Shown piece by piece: positions 6,094 through 15,220 of a stretch of DNA of 18,086 nucleotides. The translations under genes were made by a program, and so were the position numbers. The notes beneath the pieces are model-generated. The model saw nothing but the letters and a program-made list of their open reading frames with translations. It had not been told where the DNA came from and did no database searches. Numbering within the stretch: position 1 is the first letter of the stretch; each line of letters begins with the position of its first letter. Location: NCBI GenBank assembly GCA_009928855.1, contig SABV01000052.1, positions 1-18,086 on the forward strand. Direction: 5' to 3'. Source of the stretch: Erysipelotrichia bacterium (GTDB lineage Bacteria > Muiribacteriota > Ozemobacteria > Ozemobacterales > Ozemobacteraceae).

Positions 6094-7395
6094 TTACTGA
6101 AAAAAAGTAGTTAAGCCCAGCACCAGACGGTAATTATAACCATAACGCTGGTCGTTAGTGACTGCAATAGGCACTGCCACTTCAAAGGCAAAATTTTCGG
6201 TCGGGGTATAACGCAATCCCGGAACCACATCAACCTTCATGCCTTCTTCTCCCCAGTCTTCACCGGCGATTTCAGCCATCACGGTAACATTGTGAGTATG
6301 CGGGTATTCAATACCGAAGTTGTAATAAAACTTGTCTGCAAGGCCATCGGGGTAAAACTGGGTATTCGGATCTCCGGTCATTACGTAGCCAAGGTTAAGG
6401 TGCCCGACAATTCGCTCAAAATTTTTGCTGAAAGCCGTAAAAATTTCGAAGTCAGTCTTGCCTGTGCCAATACCCTTGTCGTCGTTTCCTGTCGGAAACT
6501 TGAAGCCCAGGCCAAAAGCGCCGCGCATCTGATATTGAGGGTTATCGAAGACGCGGTATTTAAAACCGAGTTTTGAGTCTCCTGCGCCTGATTCTGAGAT
6601 ATCTTTGGTCCAGAGAATTCTCGATTTTATCGTGTAATCAACAATCGGAATCGTATAAATAATTTCAAGGTCGTCGGTTACGGCGTAGTTAAAGAAAATC
6701 GGCATTTCGAGCATGTCGCCACTTTCATTACTGGCCATTACCCTGTCATAAACCCTGTCCAGGTCAAACCAGCTTGAATGAAAGCCCATTTTAAAAGACC
6801 CTGCTTTACTTACATCAGCAGAAGTCGTATGCGTCAAACCGGTAAAACCGTTCATATTACAGGCAAGAACTCTGGTAACCGCTTCTTCAAGAGGCACGGT
6901 CATCATAGTGTCTGAGTAAAGGGGCGGCAAAACGGTTCTTGACGGCACAGGCAAAGTTGTTACAGGTGGCAGATCCAGGGGTTCCTGCGAAAAGATTTCG
7001 TTACCGGCACTTGCAGATGCACGTTTTTTAGCGCCGCTTCGCACCACCGGTGCTTTTTTAGAGCGTATAACAGGCAGCGGTTGGGCTATTTCGGGCGAAA
7101 CAGTTGAACCGGAAAGATCTCCTGTTCTGGTGATAGGCGGCAGGCTCATTTGCTGCGGTGCGCCTGAAGACCCTGAATTAACAACAATTGGCGGCAAAAC
7201 CTCATTTTGCCCGTAATACTCTGGCGCATCCTGAGTCGCGCTATAAGGGTCAGCAACCCGGGTAGCGGCAGTCTGCATAGAGGTTGAAAAGCCATTCTGC
7301 TTCAGCTGCAACTGTGAGCCAGAATAACTTTGCCCCCAGGCTGAGGTACTTAACAGCCAGGCTGCCAATGCGACTATTGCGGTATTTTTTTTCAT
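6094..7395 (-). CDS. secreted/outer-membrane beta-barrel-like protein with Pro/Ser/Thr/Gln-rich N-terminal region (433 aa)
   Basis: The start is ATG (end 7395) with AAGGAG 6 nt upstream. The ORF-track GTG start 21 nt further up is unlikely. MKKNTAIVALAAWLLSTSAWG-Q is a clear Sec signal peptide. Residues ~25-180 are low-complexity (PP, SGS, TT, Q-rich). The C-terminal ~250 aa are rich in alternating aromatic/Gly/Tyr, ending ...GLTTFFQ, as expected for an outer-membrane barrel. The family cannot be assigned from sequence alone. Confidence 0.65.
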   Translation of the reverse strand: MKKNTAIVALAAWLLSTSAWGQSYSGSQLQLKQNGFSTSMQTAATRVADPYSATQDAPEYYGQNEVLPPIVVNSGSSGAPQQMSLPPITRTGDLSGSTVSPEIAQPLPVIRSKKAPVVRSGAKKRASASAGNEIFSQEPLDLPPVTTLPVPSRTVLPPLYSDTMMTVPLEEAVTRVLACNMNGFTGLTHTTSADVSKAGSFKMGFHSSWFDLDRVYDRVMASNESGDMLEMPIFFNYAVTDDLEIIYTIPIVDYTIKSRILWTKDISESGAGDSKLGFKYRVFDNPQYQMRGAFGLGFKFPTGNDDKGIGTGKTDFEIFTAFSKNFERIVGHLNLGYVMTGDPNTQFYPDGLADKFYYNFGIEYPHTHNVTVMAEIAGEDWGEEGMKVDVVPGLRYTPTENFAFEVAVPIAVTNDQRYGYNYRLVLGLTTFFQ

Positions 7396-7521
7396 ACCCA
7401 GCTCCTTTTCGCCCACACATCAGCATAAAGGATTTCAGCTTCTGCATGAACTTTTTAACGGCGTACAATACGCCGCGGGTCACATCGGCAGATATCTGAA
7501 GTTTAATTAGTATTTTTATCT

Positions 7522-7543
7522 AAAAAACCGCAAAAAATTGCAG
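7522..7543 (-). terminator. candidate rho-independent terminator of clpA
   Basis: On the minus strand, 14 nt after the clpA stop, CUGCAA-uuuu-UUGCGG forms a 6-bp stem with one G-U pair, followed by UUUUUU. It is weak but correctly placed. Confidence 0.4.
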
Positions 7544-7556
7544 ACTTCAATATTCA

Positions 7557-9812
7557 TTATTTAACAATGAATTCAAGCTTCTGGGCATTGTCAGTTCTAC
7601 TGATAAGCGCATGCCCTCCCTTGCTCAATTTACCGAACAAAATCTCTTCGGCGAGCGCATCTTTGATCTCTTTCTGAATTACCCTTGCAAGCGGCCTGGC
7701 ACCATGAACAGGGTCATAACCTTTTTCTGCCAGCCATAAACGCGCTTCGGCGTTGAGCTCAAGAGAAACACCGCGTTCTTTAAGCTGTGCGTTGAGTTCA
7801 TTAATAAATTTATCGACAACCAGCTTCATGGTTTCCTGAGACAGAGCCGCAAAAGAAATTATGCCATCAAGACGATTTCTGAACTCTGGCGTAAAAAGCT
7901 TTTCGATAGCGGCTTTGCCTTTCCACTCGGCATCAAGCTCACCCCGCGAAAACCCGATTGAACCTTTTGCCATTTCACGTGCGCCAGCGTTCGAAGTCAT
8001 TATAAGTATGACATTGCGAAAATCGGCTTTTTTACCGGTATTGTCGGTTAAGGTCGCGTAATCCATCACCTGCAGAAGTATATTAAAAACATCTTCGTGC
8101 GCTTTTTCAATCTCGTCAAGCAACAATACCGAATATGGGTGCTTACGAATTGAGTCTGTAAGCGCCCCACCCCGTTCATAGCCGATATAACCGGGGGGAG
8201 CTCCGATAAATCTGGCAACCGAATGCTTTTCCATATATTCGCTCATGTCAAACCTGAGAAAATTTACACCCAGCGAGTTCGCCAGCTGCTTGGCTACCTC
8301 TGTCTTGCCAACACCGGTCGGACCGGTAAACAAGAACGAACCGACCGGCCTTGTCGATCCGGTCATACCAGCGCGTGAAATTTTTATCGCACGCACGAGT
8401 GCCTCGATAGCTGGGTCCTGGCCAAAAATAACTTTTTGCAAATCTTCTTGCAGACTTTTGAGTTTATCAAGGTCAGAGGTGGAAATGCGGCGAGACGGAA
8501 TCCGGGCTATTTTTGCCACGGCCTTTTCTATATGAGCCTGCCTGACGACTTTCTGCTTTTGATCTTTTGGTTTAGTCAGTTTCAGTATTGTGGCTGCTTC
8601 ATCCATGACATCGATAGCCTTGTCGGGCAAAAACTGTTCTTGAATATATTTGGCAGACAGTTCTGCAGCAGCTCTCAGAGCCTTTGCTGTAAATTTTACT
8701 CCATGGAACTTCTCGTATACAGGCTGTAAGCCGGTAAGAATTCTGCGAGTCTCTTTTACACCAGGTTCATAGAGATCGATTTTTTGAAAACGCCGTGAAA
8801 AGGCACGATCTTTGTCAAAGTTCTTGTATTCTTCAAAAGTGGTAGTACCGATACATCTGAATTTTCCGGAGCCAAGAGCCGGCTTGAGAATATTCGCGGC
8901 ATCGAGCGAGCCGCCGCTGACCGCTCCGGCACCAATAATTGTATGAATTTCATCAATAAAAAGAATCACGCCCGGTATTTTTTCGAGGCTCTTCATCGTC
9001 GCTTTCAGTCTGGCTTCAAAATCGCCACGGTATTTAGTACCGGCAAGCAACGCCCCCATGTCGAGCGAATAAATTTTGATATCTCTAAGAGTCTCTGGAA
9101 CTTCACCCTGATGAATGCGCAGCGCTATACCTTCAACAATAGCCGTTTTGCCCACACCAGGCTCACCGACAAAAACAAGATTGTTTTTGCGACGACGATT
9201 CAAAACAATAATTGCCCGCGCAACTTCTCGACGACGGCCAATCAGGGGATCAATATCACCGCGGGCAGCCTTGTCGTTGAGACATTCGGCAAAACTGGCC
9301 AGAGGGTTGCCAATAGAAGCGCTATCGGCGTCTTCCTGTTCATTAAAATCAGCTTCGCTATAACCATCTTCGTCATCACTGAGTTTTCTGACGCCATGAG
9401 AAACAAAATTGAGCACATCCAGCTGTGAAACATGCTGTTTTTGGAGAAAGAAGACAGCGTGCGAATCGGTTTCCCGAAAAATGGCAACCAACAGATCGGC
9501 AGCACGAGCTTCTTTTCGTTCTGACGCCTGCACCTGAAGCATCATATGCTGTATTACCCGCTGAAAAGCGAGAGTCGGCACCGATTCCTGCTCTGAGCCG
9601 GCGGGAATTACAGGCACATTTTCAGCAATATGATCATCGAGGTCTGCTTCGAGTTCAACCAGGTTACAACCACAGGCCCTCAAAATGCCTGCCCCTTCAT
9701 TGTCGTGAAGCAGCGCATAAAGAAGATGCTCTACGGTTATGTATTCGTGACGTTCGGCCGCAGCCTGCTCAATCACAGCCTGCAGAATAATATCAAGATC
9801 TTTACTGATCAT
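7557..9812 (-). CDS. clpA: ATP-dependent Clp protease ATP-binding subunit ClpA
   Basis: The ClpA N-domain is followed by two AAA+ modules: Walker A GEPGVGKT (D1) and GPTGVGKT (D2), plus LLDEIEKAH. The length is 751 aa. The start ATG has GGAGAAAGA upstream and overlaps the clpS stop (ATGA). The ORF-track start 18 nt upstream is rejected. Confidence 0.9.
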   Translation of the reverse strand: MISKDLDIILQAVIEQAAAERHEYITVEHLLYALLHDNEGAGILRACGCNLVELEADLDDHIAENVPVIPAGSEQESVPTLAFQRVIQHMMLQVQASERKEARAADLLVAIFRETDSHAVFFLQKQHVSQLDVLNFVSHGVRKLSDDEDGYSEADFNEQEDADSASIGNPLASFAECLNDKAARGDIDPLIGRRREVARAIIVLNRRRKNNLVFVGEPGVGKTAIVEGIALRIHQGEVPETLRDIKIYSLDMGALLAGTKYRGDFEARLKATMKSLEKIPGVILFIDEIHTIIGAGAVSGGSLDAANILKPALGSGKFRCIGTTTFEEYKNFDKDRAFSRRFQKIDLYEPGVKETRRILTGLQPVYEKFHGVKFTAKALRAAAELSAKYIQEQFLPDKAIDVMDEAATILKLTKPKDQKQKVVRQAHIEKAVAKIARIPSRRISTSDLDKLKSLQEDLQKVIFGQDPAIEALVRAIKISRAGMTGSTRPVGSFLFTGPTGVGKTEVAKQLANSLGVNFLRFDMSEYMEKHSVARFIGAPPGYIGYERGGALTDSIRKHPYSVLLLDEIEKAHEDVFNILLQVMDYATLTDNTGKKADFRNVILIMTSNAGAREMAKGSIGFSRGELDAEWKGKAAIEKLFTPEFRNRLDGIISFAALSQETMKLVVDKFINELNAQLKERGVSLELNAEARLWLAEKGYDPVHGARPLARVIQKEIKDALAEEILFGKLSKGGHALISRTDNAQKLEFIVK

Positions 9813-10123
9813 TCTTTCTCCATATCGCATTTAAGCGGAAACCCGCTCTCGCGGGCAGCGGCATGCACCTGAGCAATTTTAGTCTCGGCGATTTCTCGTG
9901 TAAAAACACCTGCCAGACCTTTTCCATTGCGATGAACATGTAGCATTATACTGGTTGAATCTACTTTTGACCGGCCAAAAACGGTTTCAAGAATCTCAAC
10001 CACAAATTCCATTGTGGTGTAATCATCATTAAGAAGAAAAACCTTATACATAGAAGGTTTGGTGGTCTTCTGTCTTGTTTTTTCAACAACCCCGCGCTGC
10101 GGAGTCTGCTCATTCTGCCCCAT
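9809..10123 (-). CDS. clpS: ATP-dependent Clp protease adaptor ClpS
   Basis: The 104-aa product contains [23 protein letters not shown], a classic ClpS core. AAGGAGGG lies 9 nt upstream of the ATG. It sits immediately upstream of clpA with a 4-nt overlap. Confidence 0.9.
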   Translation of the reverse strand: MGQNEQTPQRGVVEKTRQKTTKPSMYKVFLLNDDYTTMEFVVEILETVFGRSKVDSTSIMLHVHRNGKGLAGVFTREIAETKIAQVHAAARESGFPLKCDMEKE

Positions 10124-12116
10124 TGGCAGGTCCCTCCTTCAGTCTGGCCAGTTCAGATGCAACCTGCTCATTTTCAGTGTTCAGGTTTTCCCAGGCTGCC
10201 ATAGCCGTGTCAAGGGAACTATTGATCTCGGCATGGCGGCGAGCAGCATCTGCAACTTCGGCAGCGTTCCAGCCATGCGGCGGGTCAGCCAACTGCCCTT
10301 CAACTTCGGCCAGTAAACGTTCAAAATGTTCAATTTTAGACTCATGTTCGTCTATTTCGCGCTTTATCTTCTGCAAACGGTTGTTAAGCTGCTTCTGCTG
10401 CTTAACATTTTCGCGGGCCAGCTGTTTGCGATCAGACACCTGCACAGATGCAGACGCTGTAGCCGCGACATCTGCGTCTTCAGCACTAATTTCACGGCGT
10501 TGCCGTGCCCACATATACTGACTGTAATTACCCTCATAAAGAGTCGAACAACCATTCTCGATTGCTAAAATTCTGTTGGCAAGGCTATCGAGAAAAAAAC
10601 GGTCATGTGAAACAATGATTATAGTGCCGGGAAAATCTTCGAGAGCATTCAGCAGAGCTTCGCGACTGTTAATGTCGAGATGATTTGTCGGTTCATCGAG
10701 CAGCAGAAGATTGCAGGGTCGAAGCATCATACGCGCAAGCCCAAGACGGCTTTTTTCACCACCCGAAAGCACTCTTACCTTTTTTTCGACATCATCGCCC
10801 GAAAAAAGAAAAGCGCCCAGCAGGTTGCGCACTTCAGGCACAACATCGAGAGGGGCTTCACGCATCACGCGATCTTTAACCGTCTCGTCGCCCTCAAAGC
10901 TGATTTCTTCGTCCTGAGCAAAATAACCAAAATGGGCTCGATAACCGGTTTCGAGACGACCGTGCCAGAGAGCGTCTTCGCCGGCCAGAATTCGCATCAG
11001 CGTTGTTTTACCGGCCCCATTTTCGCCGATGATTGCCAATCGGTCGCCACGGTTGAGCACAAACGAAACATCTTTGAGAACCTGGTGATCGCCGTAGGCT
11101 CTGGTAATGTTTTCGCCGCGCAGAACGATCTCGCCGCTGCTTTCACACTTCGGAAAACTAAAACTCAGCTTGGGCAAAGCCCTTATCTGAGAGACTTCTT
11201 CTATTTTTTCGAGCTGCTTTATGCGACTCTGCACCTGAGAAGCCTTGCTGGCCTTGTATCTGAAACGTTCGATAAACTTTTCGACCCGTTTGCGCTCGCG
11301 ATCCTGTCGTTCTTGTGCCGCTTGAGCTTCGACGGCCCAGATTTCTCTGGCTTCAAGAAACCCTGAATAATTACCCCTGAAAACGCGAGAACCTTCTGGC
11401 ACAATCGCCACAACTGAGGTCGCGAGCTCATCCAGAAAATAACGGTCATGCGAAACAACAAGAATGCCCCCGGTATAAGAAGCCAGATAATTTTCTAGAA
11501 ACGAGATAGAAGAGATATCAAGATAGTTTGTAGGCTCGTCGAGAAGCAGGTAATCAGGTTCGGTTAAAAGAAGACGCACAAAATAAGCACGCATCTGCCA
11601 ACCACCAGAAAACGTTTTTAAAGGGTCATGAAATCGAGCTTCCGGAAACCCGAAGCCTTTAAGCAATCGTATGGTTCTGGCCTGCCATGTGTATCCGCCG
11701 GCCTTTTCGTAGTCGGCAATGAGGCGCTCATATTCATCTTGAATTGCACCAGAAACTTTACCTGACGCCATATCAGCTTCTATTGTTTCAATACGGCTTC
11801 TGATGTCTTTAAGACGTTCAAAAGCCTGGGTAACTAGCTCCCAGAGGGTCATTGTCTCTTTTTCTGTGGCCCAGTCGCGGTTATCGGCCAGAAAAATTTC
11901 CTGCGGGAGATAGCCGATTCTACTGTCTTTTGGACGTGTAACAGAGCCTGAATCAGGGTGTTCGTGCCCCAGAATGATTTTCATCAGAGTGGTTTTGCCC
12001 GAACCATTGCTTCCGACCAGTGCCACGCATTCGCCCGGGTTTACGGCAAAAGTTACGTCAGAAAAAAGGGTTCTGACGCTAAAAGATTTTTCGAGACTGT
12101 TTATCTGCAATGACAT
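10110..12116 (-). CDS. ABC-F family ATPase (two ABC domains, ~80-aa inter-domain linker, C-terminal coiled-coil; Uup/EttA-like, no transmembrane domain)
   Basis: It has two Walker A sites ([18 protein letters not shown]), two LSGG signatures ([16 protein letters not shown]), and a C-terminal coiled coil ([37 protein letters not shown]). I start it at the [12 protein letters not shown] Met (end 12116), as in Uup-like proteins. The alternative ATG at 12152 is possible. Its stop lies 14 nt inside clpS. Confidence 0.8.
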   Translation of the reverse strand: MSLQINSLEKSFSVRTLFSDVTFAVNPGECVALVGSNGSGKTTLMKIILGHEHPDSGSVTRPKDSRIGYLPQEIFLADNRDWATEKETMTLWELVTQAFERLKDIRSRIETIEADMASGKVSGAIQDEYERLIADYEKAGGYTWQARTIRLLKGFGFPEARFHDPLKTFSGGWQMRAYFVRLLLTEPDYLLLDEPTNYLDISSISFLENYLASYTGGILVVSHDRYFLDELATSVVAIVPEGSRVFRGNYSGFLEAREIWAVEAQAAQERQDRERKRVEKFIERFRYKASKASQVQSRIKQLEKIEEVSQIRALPKLSFSFPKCESSGEIVLRGENITRAYGDHQVLKDVSFVLNRGDRLAIIGENGAGKTTLMRILAGEDALWHGRLETGYRAHFGYFAQDEEISFEGDETVKDRVMREAPLDVVPEVRNLLGAFLFSGDDVEKKVRVLSGGEKSRLGLARMMLRPCNLLLLDEPTNHLDINSREALLNALEDFPGTIIIVSHDRFFLDSLANRILAIENGCSTLYEGNYSQYMWARQRREISAEDADVAATASASVQVSDRKQLARENVKQQKQLNNRLQKIKREIDEHESKIEHFERLLAEVEGQLADPPHGWNAAEVADAARRHAEINSSLDTAMAAWENLNTENEQVASELARLKEGPANGAE

Positions 12117-12190
12117 ATTTTTTGCCTGCCTTAGAGAAATGAATTTTACCATTTTGCGGCCTTACTTTCAATGAATACCCGGCCCGAATT

Positions 12191-12227
12191 GCAAGTCAGG
12201 CAAGCTTTTCTGCAAACTTTGACTTGC
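12191..12227. promoter_or_regulatory. inverted repeat GCAAGTCA-N21-TGACTTGC in pncB upstream region (candidate operator)
   Basis: A perfect 8-bp inverted repeat lies about 50-85 nt upstream of the pncB start. It sits in the 160-bp divergent region shared with the ABC-F/clpS/clpA operon. Confidence 0.3.
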
Positions 12228-12275
12228 CAGGCCTCAAGGCTTAAAATAGCAAGAGAGAGATCAGGAGAAGATAAA

Positions 12276-13739
12276 ATGAGCAAAATGGGTAATAGTTCAG
12301 GGCACTCGCTTGCCCTTTTAACCGATCTTTACCAGCTGACCATGGCTTACGGGTATTGGAAAACAGGTCACACAAACAAAGAAGGCATTTTTAACCTGTT
12401 TTTTCGCAAAAACCCGTTTGAAGGGGGCTATACGATAGCATGTGGCCTTGAGCAGGTTATCGAACTTTTATCTACCTTCAGCTTTGATTCGTCTGACATA
12501 GACTATCTTGCGGGGCTTACCGGCAATGATGAAAAACCGCTTTTCGAGAAGGGTTTTCTTGATTACCTCGCAAACATGGAATTTTCATGCGATGTCGATG
12601 CAATCGAAGAAGGAACTGTGGTTTTTCCCAATGAGCCGCTGCTTCGCGTCAAAGGGCCAATAACGCAATGTCAGATTCTTGAAACTCCGCTGCTCAACAT
12701 AATAAATTTTCAAAGTCTCATTGCAACCAAAGCTTCGCGAATATGCAAAGCAGCACAGGGTGACCCGGTCATGGAATTTGGACTGCGACGAGCACAGGGC
12801 ATCAACGGAGCGGTCTCTGCGAGCAGGGCGGCATATATCGGTGGTTGCAGCAGTACATCGAATGTACTGGCCGGCAAAATGTTCGGGATTCCGGTCAAGG
12901 GCACACATGCCCACAGCTGGATAATGTCATTTGACAGCGAAGAAGAGGCATTCAGAGAATATGCCGGCGCCATGCCCAACAACAGCATGCTGCTCGTCGA
13001 CACATATGACACCCTGGAGGGCGTGCGCAATGCAGTCAAAATCGGCAAAGAGCTGCAGCAGAAGGGCCATAGACTCAGCGGCATAAGGCTTGACTCTGGA
13101 GACCTGGCGTATTTAAGCATTGAAGCCCGCAAAATTCTTGACGCCGGCGGTTTTTTTGACGCGGTAATCTGCGCCAGCAATGATCTCGACGAACACATCA
13201 TCACAAGCCTCAAGCAGCAGGGTGCCCAAATAAGCCTCTGGGGCGTGGGAACCAGGCTGGCAACAGGGCACAGTCAGGCTGCGCTCGGCGGCGTCTACAA
13301 ACTGGTAGCAATGCGCGAACCTGGCCAGCAATGGCAGCATCGCATCAAACTTTCCGAGCAGAGCATTAAAATTACCACTCCAGGAGATCTGCAAGTCAAC
13401 CGCTATATTAAAAACAACGAAACTGTCGGCGACATGATTTTTGACCAGCTTCTCGGAAAGCCCGACAGTCACTTGATAATCGACCCTCTCGACAGCACCA
13501 GGCGCAAACATATGCCAGAAGATGCCGAAGTCTTCGAGCTTTTAAGACCGGTCGTTAAAAAAGGCAAAATAATTGCCACGCCCGAAAGCATTCACAACCT
13601 CAGAAACCGCGCCCAAAAGAGCCTGAGCACATTTCACGAGGGTATAAAACGCTTTGTAAACCCACACAGATACCCTGTGGGGCTCGAAGAAAAAATTCAC
13701 ACGCTCAGAGCAGATATGATTATTAAAAACCGCAAATAA
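12276..13739 (+). CDS. pncB: nicotinate phosphoribosyltransferase
   Basis: The 487-aa product has a NAPRTase-like N-terminus (LLTDLYQLTMAYGYWKTG) and conserved GTHAHSW and LRLDSGDL-like blocks. The start ATG has AGGAGA 7 nt upstream. The ORF-track start at 12171 has no Shine-Dalgarno and overlaps the neighbouring operon leader. Confidence 0.88.
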   Translation: MSKMGNSSGHSLALLTDLYQLTMAYGYWKTGHTNKEGIFNLFFRKNPFEGGYTIACGLEQVIELLSTFSFDSSDIDYLAGLTGNDEKPLFEKGFLDYLANMEFSCDVDAIEEGTVVFPNEPLLRVKGPITQCQILETPLLNIINFQSLIATKASRICKAAQGDPVMEFGLRRAQGINGAVSASRAAYIGGCSSTSNVLAGKMFGIPVKGTHAHSWIMSFDSEEEAFREYAGAMPNNSMLLVDTYDTLEGVRNAVKIGKELQQKGHRLSGIRLDSGDLAYLSIEARKILDAGGFFDAVICASNDLDEHIITSLKQQGAQISLWGVGTRLATGHSQAALGGVYKLVAMREPGQQWQHRIKLSEQSIKITTPGDLQVNRYIKNNETVGDMIFDQLLGKPDSHLIIDPLDSTRRKHMPEDAEVFELLRPVVKKGKIIATPESIHNLRNRAQKSLSTFHEGIKRFVNPHRYPVGLEEKIHTLRADMIIKNRK

Positions 13740-13801
13740 TATGACTTTATCGCGCTAAGCGAACTGTTTTTTATCACAGTCGAATTAGAGAGGAGAGGAA
13801 A

Positions 13802-14428
13802 ATGAAAGCACTTGTTCTTGTTGACCTGCAAAATGATTTTATGCCCGGAGGCGCTCTGGCAGTTGTCGATGGCGATGCAGTGATACCGCTGGCAAACTGG
13901 CTGGCAGCTAAATTTCCGATAGTCGTAGCGACACAGGACTGGCACCCGCATGATCACCAGAGTTTCGCCGTTAACAACCCCGGGAAAATGGTTGGTGACG
14001 TAATAGATTTAAATGGTTGCCAGCAAACCCTGTGGCCGGCACATTGTGTTCAGGAAAAGCATGGCGCCGATTTTCACCCTGATTTAAAGCGAGAGTTGAT
14101 TCAGATGGTTTTTAAAAAAGGCATAAACCCTGAAGTTGATTCTTACAGCGGTTTTTTTGACAATAACCGAAAATACCCGACCGGGCTCGAAACCTGGCTC
14201 AGAGAGAAAGGCGTAACCGATGTCTATATTCTCGGGCTGGCAACTGACTACTGCGTAAAACACACAGCCATAGATGCTGCCAGTCTTGGTTTTAACACCT
14301 ATCTGATCGAAGACGCATGCCGGGGAGTAGATCTGAATGCGGGCGACAGTGCCAGGTCCATATCAGCAATGAAAGATGCTGGCGTCAAAGCCATCTCAAG
14401 TCGTGAACTTCAGGTTGCTTTCGCATAA
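13802..14428 (+). CDS. pncA: nicotinamidase/pyrazinamidase (isochorismatase family)
   Basis: The 208-aa product has MKALVLVDLQNDF...PGGAL and a catalytic-triad-like D...K...C (ATDYCVKHTA). GAGAGGAGAGGA lies upstream of the ATG. It is downstream of pncB and co-directional with it. Confidence 0.88.
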   Translation: MKALVLVDLQNDFMPGGALAVVDGDAVIPLANWLAAKFPIVVATQDWHPHDHQSFAVNNPGKMVGDVIDLNGCQQTLWPAHCVQEKHGADFHPDLKRELIQMVFKKGINPEVDSYSGFFDNNRKYPTGLETWLREKGVTDVYILGLATDYCVKHTAIDAASLGFNTYLIEDACRGVDLNAGDSARSISAMKDAGVKAISSRELQVAFA

Positions 14429-14438
14429 CGCCTAAAAC

Positions 14439-14462
14439 GGCTGTAACAGGCCTCTGCTTTTT
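14439..14462 (+). terminator. weak candidate terminator after pncA
   Basis: GGCTG-taa-CAG(g)CC is a 5-bp stem with a 1-nt bulge. It is followed by TCTGCTTTTT, 11 nt after the stop codon. It is marginal. Confidence 0.25.
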
Positions 14463-14522
14463 GACCGTCAAGCATTGCGATGCGGCCCCAAAAGCATTAT
14501 TGTCGTTATAAGCATTGACTCG

Positions 14523-14558
14523 CAGACACACAAAGTTTGTGGTAATTTTGTGTGTCTG
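14523..14558. promoter_or_regulatory. perfect 12-bp inverted repeat CAGACACACAAA-N12-TTTGTGTGTCTG (operator or RNA hairpin) upstream of/overlapping the membrane-protein gene start
   Basis: The two arms are exact reverse complements, and the 12-nt spacer begins GTTTGTGG, similar to the right arm. On the plus strand an A7 run follows. So it is not a canonical terminator on either strand, since the minus-strand U-run precedes the stem. Confidence 0.4.
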
Positions 14559-14587
14559 AAAAAAACGACTTTACCACAGGTGGCTTG

Positions 14588-15220
14588 ATGACAGACAAAA
14601 GGCGCCCCGGCAGCATTTTCAAGATGCTGCCAGCATTATTTATTGCCCTGTTTTTTGGACTTTCACTTGTAGCAGCAATGCTTTATCCTGGCGGGTCTCA
14701 GAAAGACCTGACCACTTCAGGATTTGGATGGCACGAAAACTACTGGTGCGAACTGCTGAACCCTGAAGCAATGAACGGCAAGCCCAACCCTGGAATGCCT
14801 TTTGGGGTTATTGGCATGTTCTGCCTTGGTTCTGCCATGTCAATCTCATTCTATCTACTACCGGTCTACTGCCCGACTACAGCGGGGCAACAGGCGATTG
14901 TGCGAATTTCTTCGATGCTGGCAAGCTTTTTTGCCTGCATGCTTTTTACCGGCTATCATCACCCGATGCTGCTTGGATTTAGTATTTTTACTTTTGTTAC
15001 CATATTAACAGCCTTGATCATTTTAGCCGAAGGAAAGCAGTTCAGAAGCTTTTGTTCAGGTCTGGTCGTATTTTTAATGGTTCAGATCAACAATGTAATT
15101 TATTACTTGAACTGGCACAAAGAAATATTGCCTTCTTTTCAGAAGGCAACCATCATACTCGTTGTTTTATGGGTGCTGTCGCTAAGCCTGAAATTTAGAG
15201 GCCCCACTTGCCCCGATTGA
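14588..15220 (+). CDS. hypothetical polytopic membrane protein (~5 TM helices)
   Basis: The ORF is hydrophobic throughout. The ORF-track GTG start at 14552 lies inside the 3' arm of the inverted repeat. I prefer ATG14588 because AGGTGG lies 6 nt upstream. No motif is recognisable. The 3' end overlaps the convergent pilin-like gene by 26 nt. Confidence 0.5.
   Translation: MTDKRRPGSIFKMLPALFIALFFGLSLVAAMLYPGGSQKDLTTSGFGWHENYWCELLNPEAMNGKPNPGMPFGVIGMFCLGSAMSISFYLLPVYCPTTAGQQAIVRISSMLASFFACMLFTGYHHPMLLGFSIFTFVTILTALIILAEGKQFRSFCSGLVVFLMVQINNVIYYLNWHKEILPSFQKATIILVVLWVLSLSLKFRGPTCPD

Noticed and set aside
8245-9505. Multiple 80-160-aa ORFs on the plus strand inside clpA, and similar ones inside the ABC-F gene (10680-11366) and transporter gene (706-1159, 2366-2614)
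   Set aside because: These are antisense shadow ORFs inside well-supported, conserved coding regions. They have no Shine-Dalgarno and low-complexity translations.
9813-9830. clpA start 18 nt upstream (MRYGERM...)
   Set aside because: The downstream ATG has a GGAGA Shine-Dalgarno and the typical ATGA overlap with clpS. The same logic rejects the OMP GTG extension at 7396-7416 and the pilin start extension at 16278-16289.
12171-12275. Longer pncB start at ATG12171
   Set aside because: It has no Shine-Dalgarno and overlaps the leader of the divergent operon. It also adds 35 residues not expected in NAPRTase. ATG12276 has AGGAGA upstream.
13750-13772. Small hairpin (TCGC-gctaa-GCGA) plus T6 run between pncB and pncA as an internal terminator or attenuator
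   Set aside because: The stem is only 4 bp and the T-run starts 4 nt after it. That is too weak to call, and pncA has its own Shine-Dalgarno and is most simply co-transcribed.
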